Origin: an uncultured Lachnospiraceae bacterium
Lineage (GTDB): Bacteria > Bacillota > Clostridia > Lachnospirales > Lachnospiraceae
NCBI GenBank assembly: GCA_946630035.1
Contig: CAMOYN010000001.1
Location: forward strand, 1 to 34,818
DNA length: 34,818 nucleotides
Direction: 5' to 3'
Shown here: in pieces, positions 1-8,033 of the stretch
Layout: every line of letters begins with the position of its first letter
Position numbering within the stretch: the stretch's first letter is position 1
Translations under genes and position numbers: made by a program
The notes under the pieces: model-generated
Told to the model about the DNA's origin: nothing
Databases searched by the model: none
The model's input: only the letters and a program-made list of their open reading frames with translations

Positions 1-1789
1 TTAATTCATCGGAGGACAGGGCGATCTGATATCCCTTTTCCGCATGGCTCCGGAGGACTTCCCATTCCTGGTCGGTCAGCTTGCCGGGCTTGTTGAGGAT
101 CTCCAGGGGAATGCCGATCTTGCCGATGTCGTGCAGCAGGCAGAGGAGGTTGAGTCCGGCCAGCTGTACGTCGTTGAGCCCGACGCGACGCCCGAGGGCA
201 GCTCCCATTTTCTGCGTTCTCTGCACATGGGCTTCGGTTTCCGAATCCGATTCCTGCAGGGCCCGGACGAGAGAGGTCAGGGTCTGGGAGTGCACGGAAT
301 CGGTGCTGAGCAGCTTCTTCATCTGCAGGGAACGGGAGGCCATCTCGATTGCCTTGATGACATTGCGGTTTTCGCTCTGATCCAGGGTACTGCCCGGAGG
401 AAGTTCCTTTCGGCTCGTCGCGGCGGCGGTATCGCACATGCCGTAGATCACGGTTCCGTCGCTGGCCTGGATCACCTGCTCTACATTTTTCAGAATATCG
501 CTTTCATAATAATGATAGCAGACCACCACCAGATGCGCCTCAAAGCCTCGCACATAATAGGAGCGGGGCGGCATATATTGTTTGATGGTTTTTACCAGGT
601 TGCGGATGCGCTGATCGCCGACCTCGCGGCCGAAGGTTCGGTTGATCTCACTCAACCCGATGATATCGAACACCACGGTTGCCGTGGGGTGATCGAAATT
701 GTAGGGATTTTCTGCGGCGAAGCGTCGGAACTGATACCAGGGCTGAAATCCGGTGAGAAGATCGATGTTGTTCTCTGCCTCGGTCAGAACGTACAGGTTG
801 CCGGTGACGCCTCCTCGGCTGTCTCTCAGCCGCCGGAAATCACAGCGGACCGGCAGGCGTTTGGTACTTCGTCTCTCCAGCTGGACGCTGAAATCCATGT
901 CGCCCCGCTCCTCCTCCGGGAGAGCGATGTGTTTCAGAAATTCGGACACGGGCATTTTCGGGGAAAATGGGATATCCGCCAGCATCTTTTCGGCTTTCTT
1001 GTTGTACATGATGAGCTCATCCGCATAGTCGAAGAGGACGATCCCCTGATTGATATTCTGAAAAATCGTCATGGAAAGAGACTTCAGCATATCATTTCGC
1101 CGGTAGTCGAAGGCGGCCCAGTACATCAGATAGAGCCCCAGGCTGTAACCGACCACGGAGTGGTCAATCTCCATGAGGAGGGTGTCGCCGTTCTGAAAGA
1201 GGAAAACGGCATTTACCAGAATGATGCCCACGATGGCTGCGATATTCAGCCCGTACTGATTGCGGTACTGACGGGGCGTACGGATCGTCTTTACGATCAG
1301 AATGTACAGCGTCAGCCCTACGAGGATATAGGTGAAAATCAGATGCAGGATATACAGCGGTTTCATCTCATACTCATAAATGAGATAGATCGTATCATGC
1401 GGCACATAGTGGACGGATATTTCGCAGAAAATATTAATGAAAAGAACGAGAGTGTCAAAGATGGCATAGATCCTGGCTGCGCGGCGGAGCTGGCAGGCGA
1501 ACTGCAGGGTATGGGTCTCTGTAAACAGATAAACAAAATGCAGAAGCGAAACCAGCATCCAGTCGATTCCTGCGAAATAGATACTGGATGCGATGGAAGT
1601 CATGCGATAGGAATGAGCCAGCAGACTGATCATATAGGCCAGTGTGACGATTCCAGCCAGCGCAGCCGAAAAACCGAAGTAGCGGCTGTACTCCTCTGTT
1701 TCCTGAAATGCTTTATAGGCAAAGTGAAAGTCAATCAATACCAGAAGCACGGCGATGATGATATAAGCGTTCATGACAGGACTGTCCAT
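1..1789 (-). CDS. Membrane c-di-GMP signalling protein: multi-TM sensor, PAS-like region, degenerate GGDEF domain and HD-GYP domain. The 3' end runs off the left edge.
   Basis: It is absent from the ORF track because it has no stop codon in the window, so I translated the minus strand by hand. The start is ATG at 1789, preceded by AGAGGAGGAAGC, with an alternative ATG at 1774. The product begins MDSPVMNAYIIIAVLLVL and has about six hydrophobic segments. It continues with NIDLLTGFQPW...FDIIGLSEINRTFGREVGDQ...VRGFEAHLVVV, a GGDEF fold whose active-site motif is lost. It then reads HVQRTQKMG...LLCLLHDIGKIGIP...LTDQEWEVLRSHAEKGY, an HD domain of HD-GYP type. The 609-aa + ORF 44..1873 is its antisense shadow. 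Confidence 0.8.
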   Translation of the reverse strand, partial: MDSPVMNAYIIIAVLLVLIDFHFAYKAFQETEEYSRYFGFSAALAGIVTLAYMISLLAHSYRMTSIASSIYFAGIDWMLVSLLHFVYLFTETHTLQFACQLRRAARIYAIFDTLVLFINIFCEISVHYVPHDTIYLIYEYEMKPLYILHLIFTYILVGLTLYILIVKTIRTPRQYRNQYGLNIAAIVGIILVNAVFLFQNGDTLLMEIDHSVVGYSLGLYLMYWAAFDYRRNDMLKSLSMTIFQNINQGIVLFDYADELIMYNKKAEKMLADIPFSPKMPVSEFLKHIALPEEERGDMDFSVQLERRSTKRLPVRCDFRRLRDSRGGVTGNLYVLTEAENNIDLLTGFQPWYQFRRFAAENPYNFDHPTATVVFDIIGLSEINRTFGREVGDQRIRNLVKTIKQYMPPRSYYVRGFEAHLVVVCYHYYESDILKNVEQVIQASDGTVIYGMCDTAAATSRKELPPGSTLDQSENRNVIKAIEMASRSLQMKKLLSTDSVHSQTLTSLVRALQESDSETEAHVQRTQKMGAALGRRVGLNDVQLAGLNLLCLLHDIGKIGIPLEILNKPGKLTDQEWEVLRSHAEKGYQIALSSDEL

Positions 1790-2240
1790 GCTTCCTCCTC
1801 TCTGCAATATGACGCAAAGTCCTCTGCTGAAGCCGCGGAAAAAATGCCGAATTTTTTGGTAATTATAGTCTAACAATTATATAAGGAAAGAACAATGGAC
1901 AGTTCGTCAACAAATTGTAAACATTTACCCGTAAGTCAGGTCACTTTTGCCACAAACGCAGAGAGGATTTTGTAAAAGAAAAACAAGAAAATCCCCTGAA
2001 GGAGGCTGTTTTTGACGTTTCTGATGATGTGTATACTGCTAGAATACAGGTACAAGGGAGTACTATAGCCTGAAGTGATAGCGAAATAGGATTTACATAA
2101 GAAGAATTTTCAGTTTTTTCATTGCGAATCCCCCCAAAATGTGGTATTCTATAAGTTGGACGAGATTGCTCTGTGCTTTGCATCACGTCTGAAACCACAG
2201 TATATATTTGTCATCTGATATAAGAATGAAGTGATAGATT

Positions 2241-3161
2241 ATGAGCCGTTCAAAAAAGAATAATGATCCGAAAAAGAAGAAAAGCGGCGCACTGGTGAAT
2301 GCGATCCTTTTCCTGATCATGCTGATCGGAGCGGGCATTATTGCCTACCCTACCTTTTCGGACTGGTGGAACTCGTTTCATCAGACGCGGGCGATCGCAG
2401 GATACGTGGAGCAGGTAGCATCGATGGACCAGGAGGTCTTCGACAAGATGTGGGAGGATGCGGTAGGTTATAACTTGCAGCTCCCCTACAATGCAAACCG
2501 GCTGCTGTTAAGTGATGAAGAAAAACAAGTCTACAATTCGATTCTGGATGTTACCGGAACCGGAATCATGGGATATATCGACATTCCGAAGATCGATATC
2601 AGTCTTCCGATCTATCATGGAACAGACGAAGCGGTTCTTCAGATTGCCATTGGTCACATCGAGGGAACGTCCTTCCCGGTAGGCGGTCCGGGCACGCACT
2701 CTGTATTGTCCGGACATCGCGGGTTGCCTTCGGCGAAGTTGTTCTCGGATATTGACCAGCTGGTGGAAGGGGATCGTTTCCTGATCCAGGTCCTGGACAG
2801 AACGCTGACCTATGAGGTCGACCAGATCCGGATCGTGCTCCCGGCGGAGCTGCAGGATCTGGAGATTGTAGAAGGCGAAGACTACTGTACCCTGGTAACC
2901 TGTACACCCTACGGTGTAAATACCCACCGGCTTCTGGTGCGTGGGCATCGTGTGGAGACAGAACAGGAAGAGGCGCACGTAGTCGCAGATGCTATGAAGT
3001 TTGAACCGGTACTGGTGGCACCTCTGGTAGCCGCACCGATCCTGTTGCTTCTTCTGCTCCTGCTGCTGCTTTCCACCAGCGGACGGAAGCGCAGACGCAG
3101 AGACAGGGCGCGCCGGAGAGCAAGAAAAGCAGCCAGGGAACTGGCGAAGAGAGACCAATAG
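2241..3161 (+). CDS. srtC: Class C (pilus-type) sortase
   Basis: The N-terminal membrane anchor reads KKKSGALVNAILFLIMLIGAGIIAYP. The catalytic His is in VLSGHRG, the catalytic Cys is in the TLVTCTPYG (TLxTC) motif, and the catalytic Arg is in LLVRGHR. A C-terminal TM segment (poly-Leu run) with an Arg-rich tail is typical of class C enzymes. Confidence 0.9.
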   Translation: MSRSKKNNDPKKKKSGALVNAILFLIMLIGAGIIAYPTFSDWWNSFHQTRAIAGYVEQVASMDQEVFDKMWEDAVGYNLQLPYNANRLLLSDEEKQVYNSILDVTGTGIMGYIDIPKIDISLPIYHGTDEAVLQIAIGHIEGTSFPVGGPGTHSVLSGHRGLPSAKLFSDIDQLVEGDRFLIQVLDRTLTYEVDQIRIVLPAELQDLEIVEGEDYCTLVTCTPYGVNTHRLLVRGHRVETEQEEAHVVADAMKFEPVLVAPLVAAPILLLLLLLLLLSTSGRKRRRRDRARRRARKAARELAKRDQ

Positions 3162-3233
3162 TGGAACGTTGTTCGTGCAAATTTGCAGCAGGATCAATAC
3201 AGGATAGTATTGAATCGAAATAAGGAGGATGTT

Positions 3234-4313
3234 ATGAAGAGGGCAGAGAGCTTTATCGCTCAGAAAAAACGGAGGACAGGAACCGTACTGGCTGCTCTGC
3301 TGGCAGGGATTGCTGTTTTGCTTGCAGCAGTGCCCGCACGGGCAGCAGACATTACACAGGAGCCAATTTCTTTGACTGTGATTCCGGGCAGCGCCACACA
3401 GTTGGATTCGTTGAAAGAGGCGAACGTGGTGGTGGATCTCTATCAGATCGCTACGGTAGACAACCTGAATCCCTATCATTTTACGACGATTGAAAAGTAT
3501 GCATCGTTGAAGTCGCAGGTAGAAGATCCGAATGTCACAAACGAACAGTGGCGGGAAGTTGCAGCAAAAGCTTTTAAGCATGCTGTAGATAACGGATTGA
3601 CCCCTGTGCTGCAGGAGCAGCCGGTGAACCAGCCGATTATCCTTTCTTCCTGGGGACTGTATCTGGTGATTGCCAGAGGGAGCGACATATCAGATTATGT
3701 GAGAACACTGGATGACGGAAGTATTGGAACCATCGCCCGAAACGGAAAGGAACAGTTCACCTTCCAACCGGAGTTGATTGCGATTCCAGGAAAAGATCCA
3801 GATGAGTATGGAAAAATCAATACATCGAACCCTGGTGATTGGCAAACTGAAGTTACTATAACTCTGAAACCAGATCAGTCTGAACGTGAATCGGCGATTG
3901 AAATTGTTAAGACCCTCAGTACATATGAAACAAAAGATCCTGCGACTTTTGTATTCCAGATTGAGGCTTGGTTACCGGGCGGTCCTGATGATAAAAAGCC
4001 TGAGAACAAAGTATATAGTAATACAATCGCACTAACCTTCGATGAGTCATCACCAGTACTTCAGTCTTATGTTATTGATGGACTGCCAGTTGATGCTTAT
4101 GTTGAGGTGACGGAGGTCTATTCCGGAGCCAATTACCGGCTGACGACGGATGAGACGAAGACGATTACTGTAGCGGCGGATGAAATAAAACAAGCAGTAT
4201 TCGATAATACTTATGATGATAAATACCATGGTGGTGGCTCTGTTGTGAACTTGTTTGAGTATGATGAGAACAAGGGTTGGGTCAATGAAAAGATATTTGA
4301 TGAGTCTAACTGA
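3234..4313 (+). CDS. Secreted pilin-like protein with a CnaB-type C-terminal domain and no C-terminal sorting signal
   Basis: I prefer the ATG at 3234 (AAGGAGGATGTT upstream) over the ORF-track start at 3183. The Sec signal peptide is MKRAESFIAQKKRRTGTVLAALLAGIAVLLAAVPARA/AD. Pilin-like strings are present: GLYLVIARG and DWQTEVTITLKPD. The C-terminal domain (IEIVKTL ... VEVTEVY ... AVFDNTYD) resembles a CnaB isopeptide domain. The C-terminus (...EKIFDESN) has no LPXTG motif and no TM segment. Confidence 0.7.
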   Translation: MKRAESFIAQKKRRTGTVLAALLAGIAVLLAAVPARAADITQEPISLTVIPGSATQLDSLKEANVVVDLYQIATVDNLNPYHFTTIEKYASLKSQVEDPNVTNEQWREVAAKAFKHAVDNGLTPVLQEQPVNQPIILSSWGLYLVIARGSDISDYVRTLDDGSIGTIARNGKEQFTFQPELIAIPGKDPDEYGKINTSNPGDWQTEVTITLKPDQSERESAIEIVKTLSTYETKDPATFVFQIEAWLPGGPDDKKPENKVYSNTIALTFDESSPVLQSYVIDGLPVDAYVEVTEVYSGANYRLTTDETKTITVAADEIKQAVFDNTYDDKYHGGGSVVNLFEYDENKGWVNEKIFDESN

Positions 4314-4328
4314 TAGGAGGGCTGAATA

Positions 4329-4847
4329 ATGAAAAAATGGATAAATAGTAATGCCTTCCGGTCTATAGCAATCTTGGCGTTAGCTGTGATTATGATTGCA
4401 GGAGCATCGATTCGTAGTGCGTGGTCTTATTTTACTACTTATGCGACAGCCAAGGGTGGCTATATAATTCATCTAGGAGATCAAACGGATATTGAAGAAG
4501 ATGTTTCTCAATGGAAAAAGCATATAAAAATCAAAAGTGATGCGGATTCTGATCCAGTATATATTCGCGCAAGAGCTTATTGGGGAGATGATTATACTTG
4601 TCATTATGAAGACTCAAGCGGTAAATGGTCTCCAAGATCGGATGGTTGGTATTATTATAGTGATATTGTTTATGGTGGCGATATTACAGATGAATTAGTG
4701 GTTGTTATAGATAATCATCCAGAAATAGATCAGCCAGGCCCTGATTTTAATGTGATTGTAGTTTATGAGAGCCTTCCTGTAGAATATGATTCAAATGGAA
4801 ATATTGTGGAGCCAGACTGGAATAAAAAAGTAAATGACGAGAAGTGA
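4329..4847 (+). CDS. Small TasA-family-like protein with a SipW-dependent-type signal peptide
   Basis: The RBS is AGGAGGG. The N-terminus MKKWINSNAFRSIAILALAVIMIAGASIRSAWSYFTTYATAKG matches the SipW-cognate signal pattern (hydrophobic core, then G..x.A.(Y/F)F(S/T)D-like). SDPVYIRARAY resembles the xVYVR strand of TasA/CalY-like proteins. The gene is AT-rich compared with its neighbours. Confidence 0.7.
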   Translation: MKKWINSNAFRSIAILALAVIMIAGASIRSAWSYFTTYATAKGGYIIHLGDQTDIEEDVSQWKKHIKIKSDADSDPVYIRARAYWGDDYTCHYEDSSGKWSPRSDGWYYYSDIVYGGDITDELVVVIDNHPEIDQPGPDFNVIVVYESLPVEYDSNGNIVEPDWNKKVNDEK

Positions 4848-4861
4848 GGAGGGAGTTTTAA

Positions 4862-5731
4862 GTGAAAGATTATAAAAAATCGGACAATTTACTACACAGA
4901 GTTCTCCTTTCTCCTATGACAACAATAGGCGCATTCGCGTTGGCGGTAGTTTTACTTGGAATTAGTGGTATTGGTGGAGCTAGAGCGGCGTTACAGTACT
5001 ATTCCGAGAACTATGAATCGCATCTGGAAATGTATGATATTGGTGTTTCTTTGTTGGAGAATGAGGACAGAGTTTCTTTCCGTGATTACGTTCAAAATTC
5101 TGATGGGGTTTGGAGCGAGACAGAAGGAACATTGCTGACACATATGTTAGATGCAATAGGGGAGAATGGAGAACCTGTAAAGGACGAGAATGGTAATATC
5201 GTGACTGAAGAATTAAAAATAGGAGACGATTATAAATACAAGGAAGAATTGTCAATAATGAATTCAGGATCGATCGATCAATATGCGAGAGTATCCATCT
5301 ATAAGTACTGGGAGAAGGATGGCAAAAAACTCACAAATCTGTCTCCGGACCTTATTCATCTAAATTTTGTTAATTGTGATGGAGCGAATGCAGACTGGGC
5401 GATTGATGAGAATGCTTCGACAGATGAACGTACTGTTTTGTATTATCGGCATTTGCTTAAGGCGGGTGAAACATCTTCAATATTTACGGACACTTTATCA
5501 ATTGATGGAATGCTTGCATCAAAGAAAACGGTACATAAATCTGAACCTATCACTGATAAAGATGGTCGTAAGAAGACCGTCATTACCACATCCTATGATT
5601 ACGATGGTGTGAGATTCTGCATCGAAGCAACCGTAGATGCTGTACAGGAGCACAATGTTTCCGATGCCATTCTGTCTGCATGGGGCGGCAAGGTTACGTC
5701 CTCCAATGCGGAACTGAGTCTGATCAAGTAA
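4862..5731 (+). CDS. TasA/camelysin-family protein with a SipW-dependent-type signal peptide
   Basis: The start is GTG, 6-7 nt after GGAGGGAG. The N-terminus reads ...TTIGAFALAVVLLGISGIGGARAALQYYSENYES (compare TasA GGGTWAAFND). LKIGDDYKYKEELSIMNSGSIDQYARV and the C-terminal FCIEATVDAVQEHN...AWGG resemble the TasA/CalY core and its C-terminal strand. Confidence 0.75.
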   Translation: MKDYKKSDNLLHRVLLSPMTTIGAFALAVVLLGISGIGGARAALQYYSENYESHLEMYDIGVSLLENEDRVSFRDYVQNSDGVWSETEGTLLTHMLDAIGENGEPVKDENGNIVTEELKIGDDYKYKEELSIMNSGSIDQYARVSIYKYWEKDGKKLTNLSPDLIHLNFVNCDGANADWAIDENASTDERTVLYYRHLLKAGETSSIFTDTLSIDGMLASKKTVHKSEPITDKDGRKKTVITTSYDYDGVRFCIEATVDAVQEHNVSDAILSAWGGKVTSSNAELSLIK

Positions 5732-5743
5732 GGAGGGACAGCT

Positions 5744-6604
5744 ATGAATATGAAAAAAATTGCGATGCTTTCTATGCTGGCTGCTTCTCTCACAGTGACT
5801 TCTCTGGTGACCGAGCCGGTGAAAGCAGAAAAACTGGGCGGCAAGCAGAACTGGGCTGTTACATTCACCGCGGATAAGAAGATGACGAGTAACTTCAAAT
5901 CCGACAACATGGATGATGTGATCAATGGCATGCAGCCCGGTGATGAAGCTTCCTTTACTCTGAAACTTACCAATGAGTACTCTACCGGCACGGACTGGTA
6001 CATGACCAACAAGGTCCTGAAGTCCATGGAGGATCAGAGTGCCAACAGCGCCACGGCCGGTGGTGCTTATACCTATCACCTCACCTATACGAATCCGGAA
6101 GGCAAGGTCACGGTACTGTTTGATTCCGATACCGTCGGTGGTGAGGAGAGCGAGAACATTATTAAAAATGCAGGAGAAGGTCTTCATGAGGCTACCTCCG
6201 CACTGGAAGATTTCTTCTTCCTGGATGACCTGAAGACCGGAGAGAGCGGCCAGATCGATCTGACGGTGGCTCTGGATGGTGAGACTCAGGGTAACGATTA
6301 CCAGGATACACTGGCAGAACTGCAGATGAATTTCGCGGTAGAGCTTGCCGTGGAAAATGACGAACCGGAAACTACGAAACCTTCTCGTGAGAATCCTACG
6401 GATGAAACCACCAAACCGAATAACCGGGGCGGTGACCGTGAGGTCGTTAAGACCGGCGATGAGACGAACATGAATACCTACTACATCCTCGCCGGTATCA
6501 GCGGAGCTCTTCTTCTCTTCCTTGGTTTCCTGAGCATTTCCATGAGAAAACAGGAAGCGGCGAGAGCCCGTAAGAAGAGCCGGAAGGGAAGGAGGAGAGT
6601 ATGA
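5744..6604 (+). CDS. TasA-like surface protein with an ordinary Sec signal and a non-canonical cell-wall sorting signal (VVKTGD)
   Basis: The RBS is AGGAGGG and the signal peptide ends ...TEPVKA/EK. MQPGDEASFTLKLTNEYS and GETQGNDYQDTLAELQMNFAVE parallel B. subtilis TasA LKPGDKLTKDFQFENNGS and NKYQGNSIKLQFSFEATQ. The C-terminus is REVVKTGDETNMNTYY, then a hydrophobic stretch ILAGISGALLLFLGFLSISM, then a basic tail RKQEAARARKKSRKGRRRV. This is the tripartite architecture of a sortase substrate. Confidence 0.75.
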   Translation: MNMKKIAMLSMLAASLTVTSLVTEPVKAEKLGGKQNWAVTFTADKKMTSNFKSDNMDDVINGMQPGDEASFTLKLTNEYSTGTDWYMTNKVLKSMEDQSANSATAGGAYTYHLTYTNPEGKVTVLFDSDTVGGEESENIIKNAGEGLHEATSALEDFFFLDDLKTGESGQIDLTVALDGETQGNDYQDTLAELQMNFAVELAVENDEPETTKPSRENPTDETTKPNNRGGDREVVKTGDETNMNTYYILAGISGALLLFLGFLSISMRKQEAARARKKSRKGRRRV

Positions 6605-7806
6605 TGAAGAAAGACAGAAAATCATTCCCTTCTCGCTGCCACGCCACCCTCATGGCAGTGGTTATGATGATCACTCTGGTTGCCGGACTGGTGATGCCTT
6701 CGGTAAACACCCGGGCCGCTAAGGATTATACCTATACGGTAAGAGTATTTGCCGGTAAACAGGGAAATATCGGAGGAGCTGCCGTTAAGGAGTTCGACGG
6801 ACTCGCCTATGGAGAAGAGTTCAGTTTCAACCCGATCCAGCAGGCGACGGTGAAAGAGGATAGTAAGTATTATGTCAAAGGTATGCGTGAGAGCGGAAAG
6901 GATAATAATACTTCCCTCGCCATGCAGAACTTCAAAGTAACCAGAGATGTGGACTACGTAATTGCTTACGGACTGAAAGGCAATCTGGTAGAGTATACCG
7001 TACGGTTTGTGGAAGCAGGTACCAATACCCAGCTAGCCGATCCGGAGACGTACTATGGCAATGTAGGAGACAAACCCGTTGTTTCCTATAAATATATTGA
7101 AGGTTACTTCCCCAATGCGAACAACATGACGGGTACACTGAAAGAGGACGCAAGCAAGAACGTGTTTACTTTCCAGTACCAGAAGATCGTAGAGGAAGAG
7201 ACCACTACCACAGCGGAGAGTGAAGCTGAGACGACGACCCGGAGCAGCGGAGATAACAATACTCCTACCCGGAGCTCGCCGAATCCTACCTCGCCGGCAC
7301 CTACCACTCGTGCCAGCAATGAAACCACGCGTGCCAATCAGGAGACCACGACTGCAGCGTCCGGTTCTACAGCGGAGACTACGACTACGACCGCACCGGC
7401 CCAGCCCGAACAGCCGACCCAGCCGACCCAGCCGCCGACAGAGGCCACCTCTGAGGGTGCTGTAGCCGAAGAGAACGAGCTGCAGAATCCTCCGACCGAA
7501 CCGACCCTGCCTTCGTCCCCGGATGAAGTACCGGATCTGATCGATATCGATGAGGGCCCTGTACCTCTGGCTGAATTCTCCGGAGCGTCCGATGAAGGCA
7601 CGGAGACCGGATCCGATTCCTCCAGCCTGAGCCCGAACGACAATGTGAGACCTGGCAGCGGCCTGTCCACTTCCAAGATTATCGTGATCGCAGTCGGAGC
7701 AGCCCTGCTGATCGCACTGGCTGTCATCTTCCTGCTTCGCAGAAGAAGATACGATGACGAAGAGGATGAGGACGACGAAGACGATTTAGACGATTACGAC
7801 GAGTAA
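6601..7806 (+). CDS. MucBP-like surface protein with a Thr/Pro-rich stalk, a C-terminal TM anchor and a poly-acidic cytoplasmic tail
   Basis: The start overlaps the upstream stop (ATGA), and GGAAGGAGGAG lies upstream. It has a signal or anchor sequence. VEYTVRFVEAGTNTQLADPETYYGNVGDKPVVSYKYIEGYFP...NVFTFQYQK is MucBP-like. About 150 aa of T/P/S/E-rich linker follow. The C-terminus is KIIVIAVGAALLIALAVIFLLRRRRYDDEEDEDDEDDLDDYDE, and no LPXTG motif is present. Confidence 0.75.
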   Translation: MMKKDRKSFPSRCHATLMAVVMMITLVAGLVMPSVNTRAAKDYTYTVRVFAGKQGNIGGAAVKEFDGLAYGEEFSFNPIQQATVKEDSKYYVKGMRESGKDNNTSLAMQNFKVTRDVDYVIAYGLKGNLVEYTVRFVEAGTNTQLADPETYYGNVGDKPVVSYKYIEGYFPNANNMTGTLKEDASKNVFTFQYQKIVEEETTTTAESEAETTTRSSGDNNTPTRSSPNPTSPAPTTRASNETTRANQETTTAASGSTAETTTTTAPAQPEQPTQPTQPPTEATSEGAVAEENELQNPPTEPTLPSSPDEVPDLIDIDEGPVPLAEFSGASDEGTETGSDSSSLSPNDNVRPGSGLSTSKIIVIAVGAALLIALAVIFLLRRRRYDDEEDEDDEDDLDDYDE

Positions 7807-7839
7807 AGACAAAGAAAAGCATATAAAGTGCCAATGGTT

Positions 7840-7880
7840 ACAGCGGCCCGGTGATGAAAAGGCCGGGCCGCTGTTCTTTG
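7840..7880 (+). terminator. Stem-loop terminator ending the sortase/TasA-like operon
   Basis: A perfect 12-bp stem pairs ACAGCGGCCCGG (7840-7851) with CCGGGCCGCTGT (7863-7874) around an 11-nt loop. It is followed by TCTTT, a weak T tract. Confidence 0.55.
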
Positions 7881-7972
7881 AGAAGAGAAAACGCCCGTGA
7901 TTCCTGCGAGCCGTGGAACTGACAAATCGTGCGGATTGCAGAGAAAACTAAGGGCTATTGTAAAGGCTATTC

Positions 7973-8001
7973 TTGACAGATCGACTAAAAAAGTGCACAA
8001 T
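7973..8001 (+). promoter_or_regulatory. Candidate sigma-A promoter for sipW
   Basis: TTGACA (7973-7978), a 17-nt spacer, then CACAAT (7996-8001). It lies about 30 nt upstream of the sipW ATG. Confidence 0.4.
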
Positions 8002-8033
8002 AAAAGAAAAAGCATCATGAAAGGGCTTGGAAT

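Noticed and set aside
44-1873. A 609-aa ORF on the + strand, the longest ORF in the track
   Set aside because: Its composition is typical of an antisense reading (rich in G, H, D, I and Q, with no recognisable motifs). The opposite strand encodes a coherent TM-PAS-GGDEF-HD-GYP protein with an RBS at 1790-1800. The ORF 6..437 (-) is in a different frame from that gene and is likewise spurious.
1790-2240. A c-di-GMP riboswitch (GEMM-I or c-di-GMP-II) in the sortase leader
   Set aside because: I looked for the conserved blocks I remember (GGCAAAnC ... ACGCAAAGC for class I, GGGCAC ... GCAACCGACC for class II). I found only weak resemblances, such as ACAAACGCAGAGAGG. This is not enough to make a call, and a covariance-model scan is needed.
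3001-3070. The poly-Leu run (LLLLLLLLLL) in the sortase as a repeat or slippage tract
   Set aside because: It is encoded by mixed CTG/CTT/TTG codons rather than a homogeneous repeat. It is simply the C-terminal TM helix.
2508-3581. A 357-aa ORF on the - strand overlapping the sortase and pilin-like genes
   Set aside because: It is antisense to genes with clear catalytic motifs (TLVTC) and strong RBSs. Its product is Cys-, Gln- and Arg-rich and has no family resemblance.
5519-6625. A 368-aa ORF on the - strand
   Set aside because: It is antisense to the TasA-like sorting-signal gene and has no RBS and no motifs. The same reasoning applies to 5599..6027 (-).
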